NCBI GenBank assembly: GCA_000002435.2
Contig: CM018792.1
From: Giardia intestinalis
Lineage: Eukaryota
Strand: one strand, 5' to 3'
DNA: 64,000 bases
Both the position numbers and the translations under genes were made by a program. Below, in pieces: positions 1-8,968 of the stretch. Numbering within the stretch: the stretch's first letter is position 1; each line of letters starts with the position of its first letter. The notes below the pieces were generated by a model, which was not told the DNA's origin, did no database searches, and saw only the letters and a program-made list of their open reading frames with translations.

Positions 1-2273
1 TTCTCTGCCCCAGCCTCCTCCTTTATTAGCTGCTTAATGGCCTTGAGATCACTGCACGACTTAAAAGCCACTGCTCTAATAAGCCGCGTATTCCCGTCGT
101 TGTCCTTTTGGATAGTGATGTGTGCAGATGCCTTTAGATCCAAGTAGTCTTTCTCGAGGACCATCAACTTCTGCTTCAATATGAGGCACTCATGGTGCTC
201 TGCATCTCGTGCATCAATTGCAGCTTCAAGCTTCTTCTTGCACACAAGTAGCTCAGATTGCAGCCCCTGCTGAGCCTCTTTCAGTGCTAAAATGATCTGA
301 GCTGCTCGCGAAAGGCTGGATTGCGTGTGCAGATGACGAATTATGCTATCAAGCTCAACCTCACTCAGATCTTTATGCTCTAATTTAGAGTCTGTATGTG
401 CTCCTGGTGCTGACATACTTCTTGCAGGCGGAGGAAGATCGTTCTGGTTAGAAGCTACAGGGACAAACGTGGCTTCCCAAGTAGGCGGGAAGACTACATC
501 GTTACTAGTTGGGGCAGGAATAGTTGTTGTCTGCATGGTGGATCGCAAAGTTTGTTCTGCTTCGTCCAATTTCCACAGAAGTTCTTGGTTTTCAATCTGC
601 AGCCGATCAATCTCGGCGGTTTTTTCCTCATTTTCTGTTTGCAAGGTGGATATCACCTCATTCAAGTTGTTTACCACATTTGCTGTGACCTTTTCACCCA
701 TTTGTCTGAGGGCGTCAAATTCCTCACGCATTTTGCTGTATTTTTCCGCCAGGACAGCATATCTGTATTTGTATCGATCCGCAGCCTTGCGGTTAGAGGA
801 TGCCTCAGTAATTGCAGAAGATGAGCGAGGTGCTTCTTCAGTCCCGGTGATGTAGAACGTCGGATCGAGCTTATGCTGAGTTGAAAAAGGGTTTTTAATG
901 GTTAAGGAACGTATGTCAAGGGCCGATGCCGGCCTTACATGTATGTCTGCTCTGGGGCTGGATCCTTTGGTACTCTTAGATGAAATTATGAACGAGCTCT
1001 TGGAAGATTGCCTCAGAGGAGAACTCCTGCTAGGAGAGCTACGGGAGGGAGATATCGGAATGCTTTGAGAAAACGGGATCGATGGGCGCCTGGACGGTGA
1101 CAACGAAGGACTACGGCCAGGATGGCCACGTGGAGGGCTTGGGAATAGTCTCTGCACATTTATATTGGGCTCCTTAGAATTTTGCTGCGGTTCTTTGATT
1201 GATTTTGCCGACGCTATGTTCCGCTTTTTCTTTTTCTTACCAGAATCTGGTTGGGATTTTAATGAATTCGGGGATTGCAACGGTTCCTTAGGTTCCTTAT
1301 CGCGATCCACACTACCTTGTAAGACGCTTGATTCGGGGCCACTTTTGCTATTACTGGGTGACGAGGCTAAGATACGCGTCCGCGATAGAATAACACCTGT
1401 AGAACGAGTACTCTGAGAGCTTATAGGCTGCTCCTGCTCTGCAAGATTAAGTGAGGAGGAGGGTGTTACCTCCTTGCTTGTTTGGCTGGAGGGCGTCTTA
1501 GCCAAATGGCTTATCTGAAGCCTGCTCTGCTCGGCAAGGGTTGACACGCCCATCCGTGCCATAACAGAATCGCTTAGTGGTAGAGTAGGTGCCTGCTCAA
1601 TTCTGGTGCTAGCAACAGTAGCACCAATCTGTGTGCTTAGGGAAAAAGGATGCTCTTGTGAGTATTCTCTATCATCGAGATCTTCTTGCCTCGATTGAAC
1701 AGGAGGTGCCGTGCTCAGCAGCAACGAGTGAGAAGGAGGGAGAACGTTGTGTTCAACACTGCTCTTGGCGACTTGTTCTGTATAAATAGCAGACGCAGAC
1801 AGGGAGCGCTGAACATCCTCCTGTGTTATAGAGGCAGAACTGATCAAGAGAGATAGCATTTCAGAATCATCGGTCAGAACAGCTATGTCAGACATTTTTG
1901 AGGCCTCTGTGTCAGGATAGTAGGGTGTTAGAACTCTGACAGCATCTAAACTGGAGCTTTGGATGGCTAATAGCAAAGGTGTCATGCCTTTGTGTAGCGG
2001 CACACTTTTCTCGTATTTGACTAGTAACAGACATACGCTCGAATAATTTCTAAGGGCAGCAATGGCTAGGGCCGTGTATCCTCTATTGTTGGTCATTGAG
2101 TGCTCGTGGGGAGCAAGGGCTCGGCAAAGGCTCAAGCAGTTGGATGCAGCAGCCATCATCAGAGCCGTCTCGCCATGCTTGTTTTGTGTACGTGCATATG
2201 TCGGTAGAAGCTCGGACACCAGCTGTACATTCTTACTCCGCACGGCCTTAAACCACTGCTCCGCATCAGCCAT
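1..2273 (-). CDS. Ankyrin-repeat plus Ser-rich plus C-terminal coiled-coil protein (Giardia 'protein 21.1'-like). Partial: the 3' end runs off the window start.
   Basis: Hand translation of the minus strand from the ATG at 2273 gives MADAEQWFKAVRSKNVQLVSELLPTYARTQNKHGETALMMAAASNCLSLCRALAPHEHSMTNNRGYTALAIAAL..., which reads as ankyrin repeats, then a Ser/Pro-rich region, then coiled coil (..AEIDRLQIENQELLWKLDEAEQ..). The frame was spot-checked open at 841-900 and 1-62. It is not in the ORF track because it has no stop in the window. The track's long antisense ORF 343..855 (+) is consistent with a real gene on the opposite strand. An AT-poor 65-bp spacer separates it from the upstream gene. Confidence 0.55.
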   Translation of the reverse strand, partial: MADAEQWFKAVRSKNVQLVSELLPTYARTQNKHGETALMMAAASNCLSLCRALAPHEHSMTNNRGYTALAIAALRNYSSVCLLLVKYEKSVPLHKGMTPLLLAIQSSSLDAVRVLTPYYPDTEASKMSDIAVLTDDSEMLSLLISSASITQEDVQRSLSASAIYTEQVAKSSVEHNVLPPSHSLLLSTAPPVQSRQEDLDDREYSQEHPFSLSTQIGATVASTRIEQAPTLPLSDSVMARMGVSTLAEQSRLQISHLAKTPSSQTSKEVTPSSSLNLAEQEQPISSQSTRSTGVILSRTRILASSPSNSKSGPESSVLQGSVDRDKEPKEPLQSPNSLKSQPDSGKKKKKRNIASAKSIKEPQQNSKEPNINVQRLFPSPPRGHPGRSPSLSPSRRPSIPFSQSIPISPSRSSPSRSSPLRQSSKSSFIISSKSTKGSSPRADIHVRPASALDIRSLTIKNPFSTQHKLDPTFYITGTEEAPRSSSAITEASSNRKAADRYKYRYAVLAEKYSKMREEFDALRQMGEKVTANVVNNLNEVISTLQTENEEKTAEIDRLQIENQELLWKLDEAEQTLRSTMQTTTIPAPTSNDVVFPPTWEATFVPVASNQNDLPPPARSMSAPGAHTDSKLEHKDLSEVELDSIIRHLHTQSSLSRAAQIILALKEAQQGLQSELLVCKKKLEAAIDARDAEHHECLILKQKLMVLEKDYLDLKASAHITIQKDNDGNTRLIRAVAFKSCSDLKAIKQLIKEEAGAE

Positions 2274-2338
2274 TGCAAAAAAGCCAAATTTTAAAAGGAT
2301 GTTTTACTGCGTAGGCTACAAGTAGGGCACCAGGCCCT

Positions 2339-5300
2339 CTAGTTGATTAAATATTGAGAGTTATCCCCAGCAGAAGATCGAAAAAGATCAGATTCGTGGC
2401 CCATATCTTGAAATTGACTCCCTCCCGCTTTCTCAGACCCACGTAAGGAAGTACTGAGGGTTAGATTGTTTGCCCCCGCAGGACTGCGCATCAGAGATCG
2501 GATTGTCTCTTCCTGCTCACTAAGAATGCCACATAGGTTGGAATATTTCTCTTCTTGCAATGCATGCGCTCTGTGCAACGATGCAAAGGAATCTTTCTGC
2601 TCAGTCATTGCTTGAAGAAGCCCAGCAATTACGTTTTCCTTCTCTTTCAGCTTCTTCTGCAGAGATTCCACTTGAGCATTCTGTGGTGCAGCGTTAAATG
2701 CTCGTGCAGCAGCAGCATTGGCCGCTGCAAGCTTCTCCTCCATGATTCGCATCGAGTACTCCGCTGCTTCAGCTGCTTCCTTGGCCCTCTTTTCATAGTC
2801 TGAAGACTTATTTTCTGTAGCCCTCAGTCGGGCCTGGATGCTGAGCATGGTACGCAGGCGGTCATTTTCCTCGTCCTTTTCTGCGAGAAGCTTGTCGTAG
2901 TCGATGTCAGAGAACTTGTATTCGGTGACAATCTGTGGTTTCAAAGCACCAACGGAGTTAAGCTGTTCTTTGAGAGCTTCAATTTGATTATTTAAAGTGG
3001 CAATCTCATGCCGGTGGCCAGATTTCAGCCTTTCCAAGTCGGACCCACCGCTGGAAGGCGACACCGGAGGCGAATAGACAGGCACTTCTTTGACAATCTC
3101 CACTTTTTTAATGTTACGCTTTTCAGCGGCTAAATCATCCGTCAAGCGTCTAATCTCATCGTCCTTTCTCTTAAGCTCTTGCTCACATTCAGAGATCTGG
3201 GCACGTAGCTCTTCTAGTTCTTTTTCGAGACGTTCTATCTCATAGGAATCAATAGCCGGTGTCTGCTTGCAAGACGTTATCATTTCCGCAGGCTCTGCAG
3301 GTACAGGTTCAGACACCATCCATGTATCAAATGGCAACTCCGGAGGTGTGTCGACACGGTCAACCCGAGGGACTTCTGCGAGGTTGTATATCGAGATGTC
3401 GGCTTTACGCGCCGTGACCTGAGAGCAAACATCAGCACTCATCCACGTGTCGTACGAAAGCTCCGGAGGCGTGTCGACACGGTCAATCCTCGGGATCTCA
3501 ACCATTGCTAGCTCAGGGATATCCGATTTGCGTATAGTCCGGAACCCTCTTTCGGTGCTTCCTATCCACGTGTCGGAAGGTAATTCTGGAGGCGTGTCGA
3601 CGCGCTCGACAACAGGTATACCCGCCTGACCGTAAGTTCTCTGAATGTGTATAGTAGGTACAGGCATGTCTCTACACTGCTCCAAGCGTGCTTGAAGTTC
3701 GTTTATGATCTCATCCTTTTCAGCGATTACTCTACGAAGCTCGTCATATTCTGTTGTGGACACATACATGCGTGATTGATGCGCTGGAGATTCCAGTGAA
3801 AACAGGCCACAGTCCACGGGTGTTGGTAGGCGCTCAACTACGGGAACATCCACAAAGTCAAATGTAACGGCCTCCATGCGTGCACGAGGCAGCACATCGA
3901 CGTCATCTGGCATCCATGTATCGTATGGTCCAGCTGGTGGGGTAGGCAAGCGATCTGGAGAATCATCAAGAAAATCGATAGCAACAGGCTGGATTCGTTG
4001 CGTCTCTATGGTCAGATCAGCAATATAATTTCTCAGCCGCTCAATCTCCTCTCCCTGCTCGTTAATAAGATTCTCCAATCGATCGATTTCTATCGTATAA
4101 ATGGAGGTATCTATTCCCGATACGTCTGACCTGACTGCTGAACGGCTATATGCATTCTGCAGCTCGAGGGTCTTGCTCGCAAGCTCACTCCTCAATCTGT
4201 CTATCTCGTCGGTGCTCACCAGCCCCTGCTTACATGTGAGGTTATAAACAATTTGCTGCAGCCGACTGATCTCTGCATCCTTGCCAAGGAGCAAATCAGA
4301 GGTGTCCAGAGTCCTCACAGGAGCTTGCTGTGCCACAGTCAGAAGCTTGAGAGATTTCATTCCAATCTCATTCTCGGTGATATAATCTCTGAGTCGCTCT
4401 ATTTCAGTGCCTTGCTCCTCCAACTGCATCTCCAGTCTCTCTATCTCCGACGTGTAGACAGATGCATCTAAGGTTGTATCACGAAAGGCAGCCTTGGACG
4501 ACTGCATGGTGATCTCGGCATAGCGCTTTCTAAGCTCCTGAAGCTCTTCTTCAAGTGTGTCCGCCCGCGCCTTGCTCTGAAAGGCCTCTAATGAGGCACG
4601 GTCCAAGAGTTTGCGGAGCTCTTCTGAATCGTCTAGCAAAGGCACCTGCGCACGTACAAAGGCTGGTTGTGCAGGGGATGGTTGATAACTATAGAGCAAC
4701 TTTTGCAGGCGAGAGATCTCGTCATCCTTTCTTCTTAAGATCTTGTCCATGTCAACGACCAGTGACGCACTCGCGGCAGGTTGGATCGGGGGCATACGCA
4801 CGGACTCTATGTCCCTCTCGGCTATGTAATCACGCAATCTCTCTATCTCCGCGCCTTGCTCGTCTACTAATGTTTCGAGCCGTGAAATCTCTGTTGTGAA
4901 GATAGACGAGTCAGTTATTGCACGGCCGCTTTTGAGCTCCTCCAGCTCTATAGTCTTCTTGTTAAGCTCATGCTCATAAGTGATAAGTTTGTCAGTGAGA
5001 GCATTTATCTCTAGAAGTTGATCTCCTGACGAAAGAGAGGATGCACATGCTCCGTGGGAGAAAGCATCATCATGAACTTGGGCGCGTCCAGCGCACCGCA
5101 AGCACAGAGACAAGCTTTCAAGAGATATCAGGGAAGCAGATCCACAGTCAGAGAACATCGTTGTTTGGTCATTAACGCAAGAGAGCAACTCCCTAACAGC
5201 CGCCTCAATGACTGAGACATCGAACTCCTCTTGATATTCTGCACGCCCACGCTCTAAATTCGTCTTCAACTGCACTAGAATTTTCTGGGCCTCAATAGCT

Positions 5301-6124
5301 TCTCGTGCCGTGCTATAGACACATATTTGGGCCTGCACCTTACTGAGGTAATAACGCGTGGTAGCGGAGTAGTACCTCTCCTTGATCGACACTAGATTGG
5401 CCTCAGAAAGCATGAAGGGATAATGCGAAGGGTCCACCATACTGCGCAGCACTGTGTCAAGGTGAGTAACTGCGATTTTATATGAAAGTGCCGCTTTAGC
5501 GAAAGCATGCATGACACCCAGATTGTCCTGAAGTTCAGTTTGAGACTGCGCCTCGTACCCTAGTCCACGGACCATCTCTGCAAGCCCGCTTAGATACGCC
5601 TTTGTCATGGGGCCCGTTTGTCCACTCGCCATGTTGGAGGCCTCGTCAAAGAAGTGTCCCGCTCTCGCATAGAGTGTTATTTGCATGGTCTTGTCTGCCC
5701 TTGAGGCCTCAGATGCAGAAATGCAACCCAGTGAATAAAGCACATTGGTAAGTTCAGATGATAAAATTGCCGTTCCCGAGAGTAAAGCAGTGGAGGTGGA
5801 ATCGTCGACCTCCTGATGCTGATAGAGAGCAAAGGTCCAACGCGGCAGATGGCTCTGCTTTTCAGAGCCGACAAGAGATATGTTCCGGAAATCAGAACGA
5901 GTGACCAGCTGCAGGAGGAGGTTCCGCGCTTCCAGCATACTCTCGTATGAATCTGTCCTTGTGCGAAGACCCTGAACTCGCTCAAGAAGGGTGGTGGTCG
6001 ATAAATCGTCTGAGTTGAGCTTTTTAGCAATGAGCTTCGCCAATAGCGTATACACAGAGCCATTATCCAGGGGTTTCCTTTCTTGTGGAAGGATACTTGG
6101 AAGGGCCTGGGACGGCGTCTGCAT
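2339..6124 (-). CDS. Large coiled-coil protein (1261 aa) with internal tandem repeats
   Basis: Intact 1261-codon ORF. The start is ATG, preceded on the minus strand by an AT-rich stretch (..AAAAATAGAAAATTAAAAAAGTATCTT-ATG). There are repeated heptad-rich blocks (three copies of EQG.EIERLRDYI, two of ISRLQ..Y) and four to five RVDTPPELP.DTWM repeats. Confidence 0.7.
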   Translation of the reverse strand: MQTPSQALPSILPQERKPLDNGSVYTLLAKLIAKKLNSDDLSTTTLLERVQGLRTRTDSYESMLEARNLLLQLVTRSDFRNISLVGSEKQSHLPRWTFALYQHQEVDDSTSTALLSGTAILSSELTNVLYSLGCISASEASRADKTMQITLYARAGHFFDEASNMASGQTGPMTKAYLSGLAEMVRGLGYEAQSQTELQDNLGVMHAFAKAALSYKIAVTHLDTVLRSMVDPSHYPFMLSEANLVSIKERYYSATTRYYLSKVQAQICVYSTAREAIEAQKILVQLKTNLERGRAEYQEEFDVSVIEAAVRELLSCVNDQTTMFSDCGSASLISLESLSLCLRCAGRAQVHDDAFSHGACASSLSSGDQLLEINALTDKLITYEHELNKKTIELEELKSGRAITDSSIFTTEISRLETLVDEQGAEIERLRDYIAERDIESVRMPPIQPAASASLVVDMDKILRRKDDEISRLQKLLYSYQPSPAQPAFVRAQVPLLDDSEELRKLLDRASLEAFQSKARADTLEEELQELRKRYAEITMQSSKAAFRDTTLDASVYTSEIERLEMQLEEQGTEIERLRDYITENEIGMKSLKLLTVAQQAPVRTLDTSDLLLGKDAEISRLQQIVYNLTCKQGLVSTDEIDRLRSELASKTLELQNAYSRSAVRSDVSGIDTSIYTIEIDRLENLINEQGEEIERLRNYIADLTIETQRIQPVAIDFLDDSPDRLPTPPAGPYDTWMPDDVDVLPRARMEAVTFDFVDVPVVERLPTPVDCGLFSLESPAHQSRMYVSTTEYDELRRVIAEKDEIINELQARLEQCRDMPVPTIHIQRTYGQAGIPVVERVDTPPELPSDTWIGSTERGFRTIRKSDIPELAMVEIPRIDRVDTPPELSYDTWMSADVCSQVTARKADISIYNLAEVPRVDRVDTPPELPFDTWMVSEPVPAEPAEMITSCKQTPAIDSYEIERLEKELEELRAQISECEQELKRKDDEIRRLTDDLAAEKRNIKKVEIVKEVPVYSPPVSPSSGGSDLERLKSGHRHEIATLNNQIEALKEQLNSVGALKPQIVTEYKFSDIDYDKLLAEKDEENDRLRTMLSIQARLRATENKSSDYEKRAKEAAEAAEYSMRIMEEKLAAANAAAARAFNAAPQNAQVESLQKKLKEKENVIAGLLQAMTEQKDSFASLHRAHALQEEKYSNLCGILSEQEETIRSLMRSPAGANNLTLSTSLRGSEKAGGSQFQDMGHESDLFRSSAGDNSQYLIN
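3290..3660 (-). repeat. Tandem coding repeat of about 120 bp (about 40 aa), three or more copies. It encodes the ...RVDTPPELPxDTWM... units.
   Basis: The plus-strand motif GGAGG(T/C)GTGTCGACACGGTCAA recurs at about 3345, 3465 and 3585. It shows up as the repeated SGGVSTRS in the antisense ORF 3447..3629. Confidence 0.6.
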
Positions 6125-6487
6125 AAGATACTTTTTTAATTTTCTATTTTTTTAACTTGAGGCGCAAAGTTCCCGGTAGATCCTCACCGGCGTCTCTGAA
6201 TCCTCTAGAACCAGCGCCCCTTGACAACAATGCTACCAAATAGCTGGGACAAAAGAGATTACCTTGGCCGGATTAATTAGAGCCGGCCAGAAAACTTGAA
6301 TAAAGGTGGACGGCGCCAGCCGGGACAAGGGCAGGACCATCCTGGCAGCTGCCTCACAGCCCGGCTGCCCCTTGCATGTAGTGGATCGGCGGTTAAGCCG
6401 ACGAAACAGTAACTACACTAAAGTCGAAGCCGACTCTGATTTTAATTTTTGCCTGCAGCTAATTTTTCCTTGCAGCTTCTGCTCGGT

Positions 6488-7390
6488 TTACTTGGTGTGC
6501 TCCTCTGCCTTCCCCTCGCTGGAGTCTTTCTGCGGCATTGCTGCAAGACAAGTGTCGCGGAGCTCCTCCGTTGCGAACTTAAAGAGCGCGATCATGGAGG
6601 TCTTCGTTAGATCGTTGTGGATGGCGAGCTTGAGGTATCGCTTCTTATCGGGAACAACGTTCACATCCTTTGTTAAGCGTGAGTTTATTGCAACAATACT
6701 CGTTCCAACGCGCGAAAAGACGAGCTGGCGATCTTCTGGCGACTCCTCTACGCTAATAATCTGCAAGTATCCTTTGTTCTTGGCAACCCACCTACCATCC
6801 TCCTTATCATAGTGGTAGAGCTCGACGTCCCCGCCTTCGAAAAGACTGTTCTTGTTTTGATAATCCTTTTTGTCGACTGATTGGGTGGTCGTGTAGTTCT
6901 TAGCCGAAACCAGAGAGGCGTTATGCTCTGCAACTGGTGGACCCTGGGCGTTGTCGTCTGCCTTTAATGGCCCCATGTTGGGAAAGCTAAATGCTGCCTT
7001 AACTGTTGGCTCTAACGGTTTGCATGCTGCGATTCCTGTAAATGAGAACGCGAAAGTTGCAGTGCTCTCCTTAGTAGCATTCTCCGATGCTTCGTTTGTC
7101 TTGGTCTTCTTTGACTCGGTGGTAGGTTTGGGTAACGGGCCGTCTGCAGGCTCTGCCGCTTGCTTATCTATGTGTCCGTGAGACCTGAGAGATTTGCGTG
7201 GAGGTTCTTGGTCGGGTATGTAACCAAATGAGAACTTGAAATCTGAAGCAGGAGTGGGAGCAGGGACTGAGGCAGGCTTTTCTCCAGTAGGATTCTTGTC
7301 GTCGGTGCTTGCAGGCACAAATCCAAACTTGAATTGGGGCGGATCACGGGCCTCTTCCTTCTTTTCCTGGACGCCGAGAAGGTCGGGCAT
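6488..7390 (-). CDS. FG-repeat protein with a C-terminal Ran-binding (RanBD/PH-like) domain; Nup50/Nup2/RanBP1-like
   Basis: The FxF/FxFG-type motifs are FKFGF, FKFSFGY, FAFSFTG and FSFPN. The C-terminal 110 aa (ELYHYDKEDGRWVAKNKGYLQIISVEESPEDRQLVFSRVGTSIVAINSRLTKDVNV...) follows the RanBD pattern lf.fd...W.erG.G.lk.l......r.vmRrd....v.aN. The start is ATG with an AT-rich stretch upstream. Confidence 0.6.
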   Translation of the reverse strand: MPDLLGVQEKKEEARDPPQFKFGFVPASTDDKNPTGEKPASVPAPTPASDFKFSFGYIPDQEPPRKSLRSHGHIDKQAAEPADGPLPKPTTESKKTKTNEASENATKESTATFAFSFTGIAACKPLEPTVKAAFSFPNMGPLKADDNAQGPPVAEHNASLVSAKNYTTTQSVDKKDYQNKNSLFEGGDVELYHYDKEDGRWVAKNKGYLQIISVEESPEDRQLVFSRVGTSIVAINSRLTKDVNVVPDKKRYLKLAIHNDLTKTSMIALFKFATEELRDTCLAAMPQKDSSEGKAEEHTK

Positions 7391-7459
7391 TTGATTTTTT
7401 GCGTCTGCGCGCCGCGCGAGGCAAAAGGCAACTCAGAGATGAAAACCGCAAGTTAACGT

Positions 7460-7900
7460 TTACTTGCCCTTCCTGTACTCGGGCTCGATCCGCTTGCCGA
7501 TCCGGGTCGCAAGCTCCATGTCGGGCTTCATGATCGTGACGCGCTTGGCGTGCTCGGCGCAGAGCTGCGTGTCGACGAAGAGCGAGATGATGTAGTTCTC
7601 CGCAGACTCCTGGAGGGCCTCCACCGCCGCGCCCTGGAAGCGGATGTCGGACTTGGAGAGCCCGGAGGTGACGATGTCACGGACGAGCTTCGAGAAGGGC
7701 AGCTTCCGGATGAGCAGGTCTGTGGACTTCTGGTACTTCTTGATCTCCTTGACCGCGACCATGCCCTGCTTCTTGCGGCCGGTCTTCTTGATCCCGCTCG
7801 TCGAGGACGCCGTCTTGCGTGCGGCCTTGCGCGCGATCGTCTTGCGCGGCGCCTTCGTCGCGCTGGTCGTCTTGCGTGCCGTGTGCTTGGTGCGTGCCAT
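7460..7900 (-). CDS. H3: Histone H3 (146 aa, divergent C-terminal end)
   Basis: [29 protein letters not shown]...[27 protein letters not shown]...[41 protein letters not shown]. The track ORF 7460..8029 starts at an upstream ATG. The conserved H3 N-terminus starts at codon 44, so I start the CDS at the MARTK ATG. Confidence 0.85.
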   Translation of the reverse strand: MARTKHTARKTTSATKAPRKTIARKAARKTASSTSGIKKTGRKKQGMVAVKEIKKYQKSTDLLIRKLPFSKLVRDIVTSGLSKSDIRFQGAAVEALQESAENYIISLFVDTQLCAEHAKRVTIMKPDMELATRIGKRIEPEYRKGK

Positions 7901-7936
7901 TTTGTTCCCCGCCCTTTTTGGCCAAAAAGATTGATC

Positions 7937-7951
7937 CCAAATCTGCGCCCC
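7937..7951 (-). promoter_or_regulatory. Candidate histone-gene upstream motif, about 35 bp 5' of the H3 ATG (GGGGCGCAGATTTGG; resembles the Giardia histone 'him' motif GRGCGCAGATTVGG)
   Basis: Read from the reverse complement of 7937-7951. The match to the consensus is from memory of published Giardia histone promoters, 13 of 14 positions. Confidence 0.35.
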
Positions 7952-8296
7952 ATCGTGTGAAATTTCATTTAAAATGTCATCTTGGTGACTGCGAACACGG
8001 GCTGGCAAATACCTTACTATAGTAGACATCTATAGTACTCACGTTTTCTGCAAAACATGCTATTAAGATGACAAGGGCAACCATGGATGTCAAAGGGCTG
8101 CGACATATGGTTAGTCTCGCAGATCTCCTCAGCGAGCTGGACTTTTTGCAGACAGAAGCTCCAGAAGAATTGGTTTTGAGCATGGTGCTGCAAATGGTGT
8201 TTGCAATCCATCACTCTCCACTAGGCTCGATATTCTGTTGCCGCGTCGGACCTCACGGTTGGGTCAGAAAGCATATACATTGATAACAGAAGGGTC

Positions 8297-8716
8297 ATGG
8301 CCTTCGATACGTCGTCGTGTACTAGCGATTGGCAATCCAAGCAATCTCGCCAACCCGGCCCGCGTGATGATCTACTTCAATCTTACGATGACCCCAGCCT
8401 GTGGATTATAGCAAATTTACAGAGCATGATCGCATATGCTAAGAGACTACATGTGCGTGGATGCGATTCTCTAGTCTCCGCATTAGCAAACCTAGTACAA
8501 CAAGGATATACTGACCTTAGCGACATACTTGCGTTCCCGGAGCTGTTTGCACCATTTAACCTACTATTCAATAGGCTTAGACCGGTAATCGGGGCGCTTC
8601 AAATGCCGCTGATGATTCTAATAAAATTTTGTCCACGGATGGTTGAAAGCTCAGGGTTCCTGGACGTACATCAGGCACAGCTAGATTTCAGGATGTCTGT
8701 GCCCGCACGGCTTTGA
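8297..8716 (+). CDS. Hypothetical protein (139 aa)
   Basis: ATG ORF that fills the 1-kb space between the H3 start and the stop of the large minus-strand gene. No recognisable domain, and the upstream region is only weakly AT-rich. Confidence 0.3.
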   Translation: MAFDTSSCTSDWQSKQSRQPGPRDDLLQSYDDPSLWIIANLQSMIAYAKRLHVRGCDSLVSALANLVQQGYTDLSDILAFPELFAPFNLLFNRLRPVIGALQMPLMILIKFCPRMVESSGFLDVHQAQLDFRMSVPARL

Positions 8717-8968
8717 TGTACGCAGTGCACTATGACTAGAAGCTGTGTTCTATTTTAGCACAGCATGAAGCAGAACTACTGACAAAAATGGATGCTGCTT
8801 CAACTCATCGATTTCAGTGCGTCTTCGACCTAATTTCACACGAAGTTTGGATGAGGCAAAAGCCTAGCGAGGAGTTTCCCTCGGAAAGCGCGCATATGAC
8901 TATGCAATAATGCGCAATAGAACCCTCTGGGCACAAGTACTACAGTACTACAGCAGTATGCCGTTGGG

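Noticed and set aside
343-855. 170-aa plus-strand ORF, along with 552..824 and 1165..1416
   Set aside because: It is antisense to the much longer, motif-bearing minus-strand gene 1..2273. It is low-complexity with no start context, a typical shadow ORF.
7900-7912. Apparent one-nucleotide frame inconsistency when I hand-indexed the C-run just 5' of the H3 ATG, which would suggest an H3 frameshift or pseudogene
   Set aside because: The supplied ORF track translates straight through (..[12 protein letters not shown]..) in a single frame. I attribute the discrepancy to my manual counting of a homopolymer and did not call a pseudogene.
7528-7968. 146-aa Arg-rich minus-strand ORF ([17 protein letters not shown]...) and other overlapping ORFs at 7550-8022
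   Set aside because: These are alternative frames of the histone H3 gene region. The basic nonsense translation comes from Lys/Ala-rich coding sequence read out of frame.
8030-8296. ORF 8068..8283 (+) and ORF 7977..8214 (-) between the H3 start and the next gene
   Set aside because: They are short, have no initiator context, and overlap the presumed histone promoter. They are likely spurious.
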